Below the pieces are notes generated by a model. That model was not told the DNA's origin, did not search any database, and saw only the letters and a program-made list of their open reading frames with translations. Shown one piece after another: positions 28,750-37,729 of a DNA stretch of 64,000 nucleotides (position 1 is its first letter; the number at the start of each line of letters is the position of its first letter). The DNA lies in the IMG/VR virus record IMGVR_UViG_3300045988_131044, positions 19,100 to 83,099 of that record; one strand, written 5' to 3'. Origin of the DNA: a virus. The position numbers and the translations under genes were made by a program.

Positions 28750-29073
28750 TTATTTTATATCAGTAATTAAAACATATCTTTTAGCAATATCTTCAAGACT
28801 CACAGAAGAACGTATATATAGTTTTTCTTCGTACTCATATAGAGCGTACCCTTCTTTTATGTCTAATATCTTAATCACATGCTTGCCTCTTTCAAATGGA
28901 TCCTCAAAGTAGTTCTCATGTTCGTATCTTTGACCTACTTTGATTTTGTCAGTTTTCTTCTTTATCTTATAACGATCTACTGCTCTACCTGTTTTTATGA
29001 AAGCTGTCGTGAGCAAGTATAATAAAACTAAATACAAAAGGATCGCTACTCCACATATTAGATCTTCTTTCAT
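28750..29073 (-). CDS. small membrane protein (N-terminal TM)
   Basis: LICGVAILLYLVLLYLLTTAF hydrophobic helix. Confidence 0.45.
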   Translation of the reverse strand: MKEDLICGVAILLYLVLLYLLTTAFIKTGRAVDRYKIKKKTDKIKVGQRYEHENYFEDPFERGKHVIKILDIKEGYALYEYEEKLYIRSSVSLEDIAKRYVLITDIK

Positions 29074-29243
29074 TGGACTCCCTTTAAGTAGTTAAACCAT
29101 ATATCCTCCAGCTTCTCCTGAAGTTCAAATGCCTTCTTGAAATTCCCGCATCTTACAGCAACATCTCTCATGTATTCTACGTTTATAACTTCCGGATCTT
29201 GCCGGTATTTTGTTCTTAACTTTTGAACGTCCTCGTATTTCAT
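29070..29243 (-). CDS. hypothetical small protein (57 aa, below ORF-track cutoff)
   Basis: ATGA overlaps with both neighbours. Confidence 0.3.
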   Translation of the reverse strand: MKYEDVQKLRTKYRQDPEVINVEYMRDVAVRCGNFKKAFELQEKLEDIWFNYLKGVQ

Positions 29244-30259
29244 CGTTTTATCTTTTTAGACGGATCCCAATCCGAAGAGAAAGGGCATTCGTTTTTGTTA
29301 TGTAATCCAAAGTCACAATAATAACACAGTGCTGACGGGCAGGGTAGTTTGTTTTGCGTAACAGGCTGGCTTAGGGTGGCACGCCGCTTGCCATACCTGG
29401 CTCCTTCTGCTCCCTGGATGTACGCTTGAAATGATTTTACACTATTATCTTCAAAATCATACATTTTAGATAAAGTGTCATTTAGCATCTCTATAGATTT
29501 TGTTTTACGTTCTTCATCTACCTTAACCTTTTGATACTGCCTGGTCCTGGTAAAGAAATAGATGTTCATATCTGGTAGAACCCCACCGTATTTTCTATAG
29601 ATGTAAAACGAATATATAGGATGCTGTAAATTTGTTTCCAATTTCTTAGAGTCAAAAACCTTATTTCCTGATTTCCAATCTATGACATAATGGTGAACTA
29701 CGTTCTTGCTTTTTATAGCCAGATGAAGGTCTACCGATCCTACTATGTACACATGAGTATGAACGGTCCCATTTATATCAACAGGCTTAGGAAGACGGTA
29801 TGGTAGCACAAAATCTTCTTCGACTCCAACTATAGCGCCGTGTCTGATAAGTTTCTCACAGGGATTAAGATCACTATCAGCTATCATAAACCTATTGCCG
29901 TCTTTTTTAAATAGATCCACAATCCAAGCAAGAAGCTCCCCGGATTGCTTCATGGCTATCATCATATTTTCCGGTGATTGCCAAGGTATGTCTTCTTGGT
30001 AAGCATAGTAACTTATAGCTTCTCCAAGGTCTTTACCAGAAGGCTGTTTTCCGTTCTTGAAGAAGTATTCCAGTGTCTTATGAATAACCGTACCATAAGA
30101 CGTAGCTTCTTGTTTTTCCGTAGATCTTTTGCCCTCCACGTAAGTTTTATACCATTTCATTGGACAAGTAAGAAACGTATCTATCTGGGAATAAGATATG
30201 GCAAGACGTTTCACACCATTAAACTCCTTATATAGCAAATGCGTTTCCGGGACCATCAT
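29240..30259 (-). CDS. Cas4-like / RecB-family PD-(D/E)XK nuclease with C-terminal Cys cluster
   Basis: VIDWKSG (DYKTG-like) motif; C-x4-C-x2-C-x9-C at C-terminus. Confidence 0.55.
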   Translation of the reverse strand: MMVPETHLLYKEFNGVKRLAISYSQIDTFLTCPMKWYKTYVEGKRSTEKQEATSYGTVIHKTLEYFFKNGKQPSGKDLGEAISYYAYQEDIPWQSPENMMIAMKQSGELLAWIVDLFKKDGNRFMIADSDLNPCEKLIRHGAIVGVEEDFVLPYRLPKPVDINGTVHTHVYIVGSVDLHLAIKSKNVVHHYVIDWKSGNKVFDSKKLETNLQHPIYSFYIYRKYGGVLPDMNIYFFTRTRQYQKVKVDEERKTKSIEMLNDTLSKMYDFEDNSVKSFQAYIQGAEGARYGKRRATLSQPVTQNKLPCPSALCYYCDFGLHNKNECPFSSDWDPSKKIKR

Positions 30260-30603
30260 AAGTCATTGTCTTTAAATCCTTCCGGGTAATATACGACATA
30301 CTTCTTACCGTCTTCTGGTGTCATGGCAAACTGCATGTAGTTATTACAATTACGATGCTTGCCATCCAATCCTCGTTTCCAATACAGGATACCGTCTATA
30401 TCCACATAAGATCGGCCGCGTTCGGCTCTAACCACGTCCGTGTGTAGCAGATACCCGTCGGAAGACACAATCCACACTTTATCTCCTTTGTTTAAATAAG
30501 ATATTCTTTTTCTTACAATAACCTTTTTCTTATTATCCAATACAAATTCCTCATCAGTCATACTCTTCGTCCTCCTCTTCTTCTGTTTCAAAATCAATTC
30601 CAT
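30256..30603 (-). CDS. hypothetical protein (115 aa) downstream of orphan omegaRNA-like element
   Basis: ATG ORF. Confidence 0.5.
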   Translation of the reverse strand: MELILKQKKRRTKSMTDEEFVLDNKKKVIVRKRISYLNKGDKVWIVSSDGYLLHTDVVRAERGRSYVDIDGILYWKRGLDGKHRNCNNYMQFAMTPEDGKKYVVYYPEGFKDNDL

Positions 30604-30639
30604 ATCTCATATTCTATTAAATATATTTAAAGCTATTCA

Positions 30640-30960
30640 TATGTTTTAATACATCCCCTCGGAGACCTTCCGGTCTCCGAGGTAGATGTAAATCCCGTTA
30701 GGGATAAGTCAGGATTTCTCCTGTAAGTACCCATCGCCAATGTTATAAGAGGTTTTATATAATGGCAACACTGTTTCGTCAAATACACTACTCCTGTTTA
30801 ATCACCATCCTTAGAGCAAGAAACTTGGATAAACATTCCTTGGTAACTATTTATTCTCAAATAACGTAGCCTCTGTTTCAAGGCTTAGGCTAATAACCCG
30901 ATCTCTGAAAGAGATGTATTAAACTTTTATAATAGAATTATATTGGGTTAATACTATTTG
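30640..30960 (-). ncRNA. orphan omegaRNA-like structured RNA / IscB-element left-end copy without nuclease gene; ends in GC hairpin cctcggagacc-GGAA-ggtctccgagg (30657..30682)
   Basis: ~75% nt identity to 8425..8690 in inverse orientation; two stems differ by compensatory changes. Confidence 0.55.
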
Positions 30961-31142
30961 GGGTTATAACACCGATCATAATGCTTGGTCAGTTCTTCTG
31001 GTTCTAAATCTTGTCCAAAATCCATGTTAAAAATATCGTAATTAGTAAAGCACTTAAAATCACTGTCCCTGCCGGCAGGAAATCTATGAATGCTGCTTTT
31101 GCTTCTTCAATTAGGCCCAAGTGTAACCTTGGGCCATTGTAT

Positions 31143-32843
31143 TTATTTTTTGTCATCTCCTTTTAACTTCTTTAAAGTATCTGCAATCGGAAGCTGATCA
31201 ATGACTCCCAATGCCGGAGCGACGGTCTTAACAACATTGTTAAGAAAATTACCGGTACTGTTCTGACCGCCGTCAAATACCGTGATATTTCCGAGGTTAA
31301 TGTGCTCAAATGCCTTAACCTGTTCTCCGGCAATTTCTTTCCACTGATTAACCATCTTGTACTGGATGGCGATCTGAGGATTGGATTCTGCTGCTTCCAC
31401 CATAGCCTTAAATCCGTCGGCTTCTGCCATCAACGACTTTTTCTTACCTTCGGCTTCTGCCTCCAGCTTCATCTGAATAGCTTTTGCTTCCGCTTCTGCT
31501 TTTGCCAAATGTGCTGCTGCTTCGGCATCAGCCCGGCGTTTGATCTTCTCAGCTTCAGCATCAGCTTGCAACATAGCCTCCTGCTTCTGAATTTCAGCCG
31601 GCACAATCTTTTCAGCTTTAAGCGCAGCTTGAACCTTCTTAGCTTTAGCTTCTTCCACTTCTTTATCAGCAAGCTCTTTTGCCGTTTTCACAGCCGCTTC
31701 CGATTTAACTCTCTCTTCTCCGGCTTTCTTTTCTGATTGAGCTTTGATAACCTGTAGCTCTGATTCTGATACAGCAACCTCTTTCTGAGCATTGTTGTAG
31801 CCTACAGAAGCATTTTTCTCAGCCTCAGCTTTCTTAATCTGAGCTTCAGAGTCTTGTATTGCTATAGCTGCTTGTTTATCAGCTTCAGCTTTATTCTTCC
31901 CGACTTCTTCCATTCTTTCGGCTTCAGCTTTGTTTACTTCAAGTTCTGCCTTAGATCTTGCGATCGCTGATTCCTTATCAGCCAAAGTCTTTGCAATAAC
32001 CGCAGCCCTATCTCTATCGGCTTGAGCTACACCGATCTGTTTTTCTTTATCGGTTAAAGCCAAAGCTACTTCTTTTTCTTTCTTTGTTTCAGCTACTACC
32101 GTTTCCTTTTCTTTTTCAGTACAAGCAATTTGAATCTCTTGTTCTTTTTTGGTATTAGCTACAGCCGTTTCTTTTTCCTTTTGCTGTACAGCAATCTTAA
32201 TAGCACCCAGCTTTTCCTGTTCTTCGATATTAGCCTGTGCTTCGTTCAGGGCCTTACTTTCAGCTTCTTTGCCAAGATTCATGATATAGCCGGCTTCGTC
32301 TCTGATGTCACTGATGTTGATATTTAGGAGGTAAAGGCCTAACTTATTAAGTTCGTTATCAATGTTTTTTCTTGCCTTATCCAAAAACTCATCCCTGTCA
32401 GAATTAAGTTTTTCAATCGTCATTTCAGCAATGATCAAACGCATTTGGCCATAAACGATATCCGTAATAAGATTTTCAGTAGATTCAGTATCCATCCCCA
32501 AAAGCCTTTCTGCTGCATTCTGCATAATTTCAGGATTTGTGCTGATTGCTACTGTAATAGTAGTAGGTACATCCACTCTGATATTTTGAGACGACAAAGC
32601 ACCGGTGAGCCTACAATCTATTTGCATAGGCTCCATAGACAAAATATCATAGCTTTGAATAATAGGCAAGACGAATGCCGCTCCACCATGATATAATTTC
32701 GCCGATTTCTTTTCCCCACCTGTCTTACCATAAACGACCAAGACTTGATTAGGTTTACATCTACGATACCTTGATAAGACTCCGATGATTGTCAAAATAA
32801 TCACTACAGCTAAAATAGCTGACACGTACATGATTGTTGTCAT
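31143..32843 (-). CDS. flotillin / SPFH (band-7) family protein (YqiK-like)
   Basis: N-terminal TM, SPFH-like domain, long EA/K-rich coiled coil. Confidence 0.8.
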   Translation of the reverse strand: MTTIMYVSAILAVVIILTIIGVLSRYRRCKPNQVLVVYGKTGGEKKSAKLYHGGAAFVLPIIQSYDILSMEPMQIDCRLTGALSSQNIRVDVPTTITVAISTNPEIMQNAAERLLGMDTESTENLITDIVYGQMRLIIAEMTIEKLNSDRDEFLDKARKNIDNELNKLGLYLLNINISDIRDEAGYIMNLGKEAESKALNEAQANIEEQEKLGAIKIAVQQKEKETAVANTKKEQEIQIACTEKEKETVVAETKKEKEVALALTDKEKQIGVAQADRDRAAVIAKTLADKESAIARSKAELEVNKAEAERMEEVGKNKAEADKQAAIAIQDSEAQIKKAEAEKNASVGYNNAQKEVAVSESELQVIKAQSEKKAGEERVKSEAAVKTAKELADKEVEEAKAKKVQAALKAEKIVPAEIQKQEAMLQADAEAEKIKRRADAEAAAHLAKAEAEAKAIQMKLEAEAEGKKKSLMAEADGFKAMVEAAESNPQIAIQYKMVNQWKEIAGEQVKAFEHINLGNITVFDGGQNSTGNFLNNVVKTVAPALGVIDQLPIADTLKKLKGDDKK

Positions 32844-32874
32844 AACTTTTAAAATTTAATTGTTGATAAAAAAA

Positions 32875-33369
32875 TTAGATACTTAATTCTCCTTCTTCGT
32901 ATTTTATATTCACCTTGTCACCGTTTTTGTAATTTTTTCCAGACAAGCACCTCACTCTCATCTGTTCCTGTCTTCCATTTTTCGAAATATTTACCATATA
33001 ATGATTCTTACCTGATCTAAATACTATCTCCACCTCTCTGCCATTTAAATCTTCCGGACATTCGTACACCATTTCTTGTTTTAACTTAAGAAGTAATTTA
33101 TATACGTAAAACAAAACGATAAAGAAAAACGACCCTATCACAACCCCTACTAAATGAGAACCCGAAAAGTAGGTAGTCCAGCTATATCCAAGAATAAAAT
33201 GTGTTATGCCCTTGAATGATATGATGTCCGACAAAGACATGCTTAAATCAGAAGCACTGTCAATGTCAATATCCGTATCCAGATCAGATCCTAATATCGA
33301 CAACAAAAACTGTATAACAAAAGCAAATGACGCTATTAAAGCCATGCATAAAATTATGTCACTTCCCAT
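32875..33369 (-). CDS. NfeD-like membrane protein (YqiJ-like partner of flotillin)
   Basis: multi-TM N-terminus + C-terminal beta-rich soluble domain; sits immediately upstream of flotillin as in bacterial yqiJK operons. Confidence 0.6.
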   Translation of the reverse strand: MGSDIILCMALIASFAFVIQFLLSILGSDLDTDIDIDSASDLSMSLSDIISFKGITHFILGYSWTTYFSGSHLVGVVIGSFFFIVLFYVYKLLLKLKQEMVYECPEDLNGREVEIVFRSGKNHYMVNISKNGRQEQMRVRCLSGKNYKNGDKVNIKYEEGELSI

Positions 33370-33610
33370 ACCCTTCTGTTATTATTTTGTAAACAAGATC
33401 AGTCATATCTTTGATGGTCTCCATATCATAATCAATAATAACAATATTGAATTTTTGTTCCACCATCACATCAAGCTCAATTCGATCAATAGAGTCTAAT
33501 CCAAGTTCTTTAAACGTCACATCTTCTTCATGAACTATATCTATTTCCGAATTAAGAAACTGAGTAATAATTATATCCTCTATTATCTTTCTGATTCTTA
33601 CTTTTTCCAT
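33359..33610 (-). CDS. acpP: acyl carrier protein
   Basis: LGLDSIDRIEL phosphopantetheine-attachment motif; 83 aa acidic. Confidence 0.7.
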   Translation of the reverse strand: MEKVRIRKIIEDIIITQFLNSEIDIVHEEDVTFKELGLDSIDRIELDVMVEQKFNIVIIDYDMETIKDMTDLVYKIITEGYGK

Positions 33611-34311
33611 TGCTTTCTAATTTTGTTAAATAAATACGTTTTTATGTTTTTCAATCGCTCTTTGTCTGTTTCAGAACTTCCGGTAAACAAATAATCCGGA
33701 TTGCCTTTAGCCGGCGGCGTAGGCAATTTAGATACGGCAAACAACCAATCCATTTCCTTATTCTTCTTAGACTCCAAATAAGGCTCGGTAGCGATCTTAA
33801 ATTTTTCAGCTATTAAGTCAAAGAGCTTTGAATTTTTAAGGTTCATATGAACTGAAAAAGCCTGAGAAGGCGGTTTCCATATGAAGTTACATAAGCTCAT
33901 TGTATAATCTCCTGACTCTGCTATATAAGATTCCGTTACCTGAAGTATGACCTCTTTCTTGAATGAGGTGTTACCCATAAACCAACACAATCTGGATTCC
34001 GCTTCTTTTCTGCTGACACCTATGTCTTTTGAATATGATTCGTACATTCCTATCATAATCTTCAACGTTTCCAGAACCTCGTCCGTCATTTCCGGTGTCT
34101 CTATATAATTCACAAAAGACGTTCCTTTGTTGGTTAATCTCATCACGCCTGATTTTAATTTCTCAACCAGGCCAAGCTCTATATATCTTCCAGCGTCTTC
34201 TTCCGGTATGGCTTCGATCATAACCGCATCCTTCTGTCTTATGGCAAGAAGATTAGCGAGATCATTAGGAGTCATGTCTGATGCTGTAAGTTGTCTGAAA
34301 TTGATGTACAT
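33598..34311 (-). CDS. hypothetical protein (237 aa), first gene of ACP-NfeD-flotillin operon
   Basis: ATG ORF overlapping ACP start. Confidence 0.5.
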   Translation of the reverse strand: MYINFRQLTASDMTPNDLANLLAIRQKDAVMIEAIPEEDAGRYIELGLVEKLKSGVMRLTNKGTSFVNYIETPEMTDEVLETLKIMIGMYESYSKDIGVSRKEAESRLCWFMGNTSFKKEVILQVTESYIAESGDYTMSLCNFIWKPPSQAFSVHMNLKNSKLFDLIAEKFKIATEPYLESKKNKEMDWLFAVSKLPTPPAKGNPDYLFTGSSETDKERLKNIKTYLFNKIRKQWKK

Positions 34312-34313
34312 TC

Positions 34314-34520
34314 CTAATCAGCTTTAATGAAAATAACATCTCTATTATCCTCCCTCTCCGCGTGATTACACGGACCTGCAACCACACCCACTGCCCCGCA
34401 TGTAAAGTAATTAAATATACATCCTTCACATCCTGCATCTGGCGCCGTAGGTTCCACACATTTTAATCTCACAAGTCCGGCAACAAATACTTCTCCTACT
34501 TTAAATTCCTTCTTTTCCAT
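34314..34520 (-). CDS. small Cys-rich protein (68 aa)
   Basis: AAGGAGGG SD 5 nt before ATG. Confidence 0.45.
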   Translation of the reverse strand: MEKKEFKVGEVFVAGLVRLKCVEPTAPDAGCEGCIFNYFTCGAVGVVAGPCNHAEREDNRDVIFIKAD

Positions 34521-34540
34521 ATTCCCTCCTTGTTTTTTTT

Positions 34541-35143
34541 TTAACTGTTGTACCCTTCTTTAATAATCGAATTTCTACCGGTAGATACCGACTGTCGAAG
34601 ATCGTCATGTACAGAATCTACCGTAGAATACTTGTTTCTGGTTGTAAAAATCACTTCCAGCATCTCCTTGTAATCACCTAAAGCTACTTCGTATCTCGGA
34701 TCTACTTTAGCTTTTCTTTCAGCCTCGGCATTACTTTTAGCCAGTTCTCGATCAAGAAGATCTTCTTTGATTCGGTCAGCAATCATATCAAGTTCTTTTT
34801 TAATAACTTCTCCTGCTGCCCGAAGTTGACCTTCTACGTCACCAAGCTGGTCTTGGACGGTTCCTATTTCTTTCTTTAGACGATCGTATTCGTTAATCAT
34901 ACCCATATCACCAGCATAGCCAGAAAAGTCCTTGATTATTCTGGTTCCTTCTTTAAGGAGCTCAATAACTCGTCTTTTACGTTCTCTGCTTATTAAAGAC
35001 GGAAGACGATAATTCATATCCGCCACCGCCTTATCATGTATGGAGTTGATTAAAAACATCTCTCTTTCATCCCCTGCAAACTCAGTAAGAACCAAAAGGA
35101 ACTTACTTATCAGGTATTCGTTTTCTTCTACTGTTAGTCTCAT
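34541..35143 (-). CDS. hypothetical coiled-coil protein (200 aa)
   Basis: ORF in array. Confidence 0.45.
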   Translation of the reverse strand: MRLTVEENEYLISKFLLVLTEFAGDEREMFLINSIHDKAVADMNYRLPSLISRERKRRVIELLKEGTRIIKDFSGYAGDMGMINEYDRLKKEIGTVQDQLGDVEGQLRAAGEVIKKELDMIADRIKEDLLDRELAKSNAEAERKAKVDPRYEVALGDYKEMLEVIFTTRNKYSTVDSVHDDLRQSVSTGRNSIIKEGYNS

Positions 35144-35159
35144 GGTTCTTATTTTTTTT

Positions 35160-36278
35160 TTAATACAATGACTGTTCTTCTTTTGTCTCTTGTTCCTGAT
35201 TGTCCGTAACGTCTTCCACAGTATAGAGCTTAGGCGGCGTCGGCGGCTGGTTGGGGTTCACGAACTTCGTCCCGCCCTCCCCGTACATCCATCCATGCCC
35301 CGGCAGGATCTCTGGGTGGATTGTATTAGTAAGCTCTTCCATACTAACTTGCCTTACCTTCAGTATATGATGAAACACCAGTCCGGCTGTCCTGAATGAT
35401 GTTTTGTTTTCAGTTTTAAACCTATCAAGAGTCTGATACCAATCTTTCCCAAATATCATATACTTATCCAGCCCGTACCTACGAGGATTGTGCAAACCTA
35501 TCATTAACGTACATAACTGACCCAGCGTATCAGACTGGTAAAAATCAGAAAGACGCGGAGGCTGCTCTTGTGGGCTTTTTATCCTTCCTTCTATCTCTCT
35601 GTTGAATTGGGATATGATGAGGAAAAATATGTTTTTATATACTAATTTAGCCTCGTTCATAACCGCCACCAAATCATCTATAGCCGACTTAGGATCTAAC
35701 CCCATTCTTTTTATCAAAGCAATATGATCGACTTTAAATATTATAAGACGTTTGTCTTTATGTTTGGTAGCTATATGATACACAGCCGCCTCAAACTCTT
35801 TTACCGTACACGGAGCATCGATGTATATTATATTATTTCTGATTTCACCTTGAAGGATTTCAAACATCCTCATCTCTTCTACTGTATTAGAATCTTGCCT
35901 TCTTAATATTTCAGGAGCTCGCTTTTTCATATCCTGGCTCATTCTGCGAAGAAGAAGATCTTGAGGATTCATTTCGAACTCGCAATTAACAAGAAAATAA
36001 TCTTCTGCTTGCGGGTTGATCATCGGATTCATCACATTTTCCAATATCTTTTGGGCCACATACGATTTACCTACAGATGGCCGGGCTCCTATGGCAATAG
36101 CGTGCTGAGGAAAAATACCTCCAAGCAAAGCCTCGTCAATATAATCGTATCCGGTTTTAGCGGGGATAAGTTCTCCCCGCCTGTATTTCAAGATATTCTC
36201 ATACGCCTCCTCCATAACCTGTTTGGAGGTTTTGAATATCCTTCTTATATCTATCCTATTTGCTATCTCCTCGTGCAT
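35160..36278 (-). CDS. DnaB-like replicative helicase / RecA-fold ATPase
   Basis: Walker A AIGARPSVGKS, Walker-B-like LIIFKVDH; first ATG 36278 (ORF begins with GTG at 36287). Confidence 0.6.
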   Translation of the reverse strand: MHEEIANRIDIRRIFKTSKQVMEEAYENILKYRRGELIPAKTGYDYIDEALLGGIFPQHAIAIGARPSVGKSYVAQKILENVMNPMINPQAEDYFLVNCEFEMNPQDLLLRRMSQDMKKRAPEILRRQDSNTVEEMRMFEILQGEIRNNIIYIDAPCTVKEFEAAVYHIATKHKDKRLIIFKVDHIALIKRMGLDPKSAIDDLVAVMNEAKLVYKNIFFLIISQFNREIEGRIKSPQEQPPRLSDFYQSDTLGQLCTLMIGLHNPRRYGLDKYMIFGKDWYQTLDRFKTENKTSFRTAGLVFHHILKVRQVSMEELTNTIHPEILPGHGWMYGEGGTKFVNPNQPPTPPKLYTVEDVTDNQEQETKEEQSLY

Positions 36279-36534
36279 TTTTGTCACCTTTTGTATCCGA
36301 TTTGGATCCCCTATTAGCTTTTACTGATTTATACCTAAGACCGTTCTTGGTATGAGAACAATCTTTGCCTTTCCTCCAGCTTTTGCCTTTCTTCTTGTCC
36401 GTTTCGTAGTTTTTACGACCAAGCTCCCGGCGTTTGGCTTTCTGTTCCGGTCTGGCATTTATCTCCTTGTCCTTTTTAGCTTTTTTCTTCCTGGCTTCGG
36501 GATGAGTCCTGTAGTACTCTGTCGATCTACCCAT
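36256..36534 (-). CDS. small highly basic Lys/Arg-rich protein
   Basis: ATG ORF overlapping helicase start. Confidence 0.35.
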   Translation of the reverse strand: MGRSTEYYRTHPEARKKKAKKDKEINARPEQKAKRRELGRKNYETDKKKGKSWRKGKDCSHTKNGLRYKSVKANRGSKSDTKGDKNARGDSK

Positions 36535-36586
36535 GTGCTTATGTTTTTTTTGATTAATAATAGCACAAAGATAGGCAATTCGCGCC

Positions 36587-37153
36587 CTATTTCAATCTGC
36601 CGTAACTCATATCAGGATCACACCAGACATACCCGTCTTTCTCATCATGAAGATACTCAGGGCATCCTCTGCATGCGCTACTGCCTGACACTATTTGGTT
36701 GTTCTTATTAGGGCACTTATCTCCAGGCTTATGCCATTCTATTCTCGAACCTGATCGCTCTTTGTTTACATGACAGAACTGAAAGATTTTCCCCATCGTC
36801 TTCTCGCCGAACATACCTATATGTGTGTACTCTTCCGGTATAGAGAGAAATTCAGATAAATCTTTATACATCCTTTCCTGTTCTTCCGGCGTAGACCACA
36901 GTCTGTCAAGTTCGGCATGGACTCTTATTTTAAGAGACCTCAGTGATGGCCCCGCAAGCCGGCCTTTAGCTTTTCCCTTATTCGGCCCTGATTCATGAAC
37001 ACCGACATAAGCATTGCATGGTTTGCACATCATAACCATACCTAAGCCTTTTCTGCTATATATTTTATCGGCATTGACCAGCTCGGTTTCCCTTCCGCAA
37101 TAAGGACAAATTTCGCCTCTTAAAACCCGTTGTTGGCGCTCATTAAGTTCCAT
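36587..37153 (-). CDS. zinc-finger protein (CPYCG...CKPC, CRGC)
   Basis: multiple CxxC pairs. Confidence 0.5.
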   Translation of the reverse strand: MELNERQQRVLRGEICPYCGRETELVNADKIYSRKGLGMVMMCKPCNAYVGVHESGPNKGKAKGRLAGPSLRSLKIRVHAELDRLWSTPEEQERMYKDLSEFLSIPEEYTHIGMFGEKTMGKIFQFCHVNKERSGSRIEWHKPGDKCPNKNNQIVSGSSACRGCPEYLHDEKDGYVWCDPDMSYGRLK

Positions 37154-37395
37154 ACCCTATTCTTTTGTTTTTCTTTAAACTTTTCATACAAACTGCTTTC
37201 AGTTTCCATTTCTGAGATCTCTACCTCTACGTCCTCTCTTTTGAAAATTACTTTCTTGGCTGTCGGATACGCACATTTAGAGATACGAATAGCGTTACGA
37301 ATAGCGTAAACAAAATACGTTTCTGGTGACGATTCGATCACCACTACCTCGTTTAAAGTGTTTTTGTAATTTTCCATATTATCTACTTGCTTCAA
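37120..37395 (-). CDS. hypothetical small protein
   Basis: ORF in array. Confidence 0.4.
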   Translation of the reverse strand: MKQVDNMENYKNTLNEVVVIESSPETYFVYAIRNAIRISKCAYPTAKKVIFKREDVEVEISEMETESSLYEKFKEKQKNRVWNLMSANNGF

Positions 37396-37729
37396 TTATA
37401 TAACCCGGATGATCTTCACACGCCTCTTTATATTCGATAAGAAACTTAAGAAATGAATCATAAGACCCCCATCCGTTTTCCGGCTCGTATCTCAAAAGAC
37501 TTTTTCTCTTAGAGATCATAATACATATACCTTTTGTAAGTACATTCTTCATCTCATCGGTATCTATTTCCCTACCCAATTCTTCTGGTCTCCAAACATA
37601 ATCATACAGCGTTTCTTTATTTTCTGATACGAATATTCTTTGTGCCATCTTGTTCATGTTGTGGGTAATGTTTGCAACCCATTCACGATCTTCTTTCTTC
37701 TTGTTCTTAATATAAACATCCAGGCTCAT
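37379..37729 (-). CDS. hypothetical protein (116 aa)
   Basis: ORF in array. Confidence 0.4.
   Translation of the reverse strand: MSLDVYIKNKKKEDREWVANITHNMNKMAQRIFVSENKETLYDYVWRPEELGREIDTDEMKNVLTKGICIMISKRKSLLRYEPENGWGSYDSFLKFLIEYKEACEDHPGYIIEASR

Noticed and set aside
30657-30682. Intrinsic terminator for the orphan RNA
   Set aside because: Very stable 11-bp GC hairpin with GGAA loop but no U-run on either strand, so it may be a processing or stability element rather than a terminator.
31302-31736. Plus-strand ORFs antisense to the flotillin gene (31302..31736, 31469..31672, 32130..32327, 32445..32696)
   Set aside because: Shadow ORFs created by the repetitive GCT/GAA-rich coiled-coil coding sequence on the other strand.
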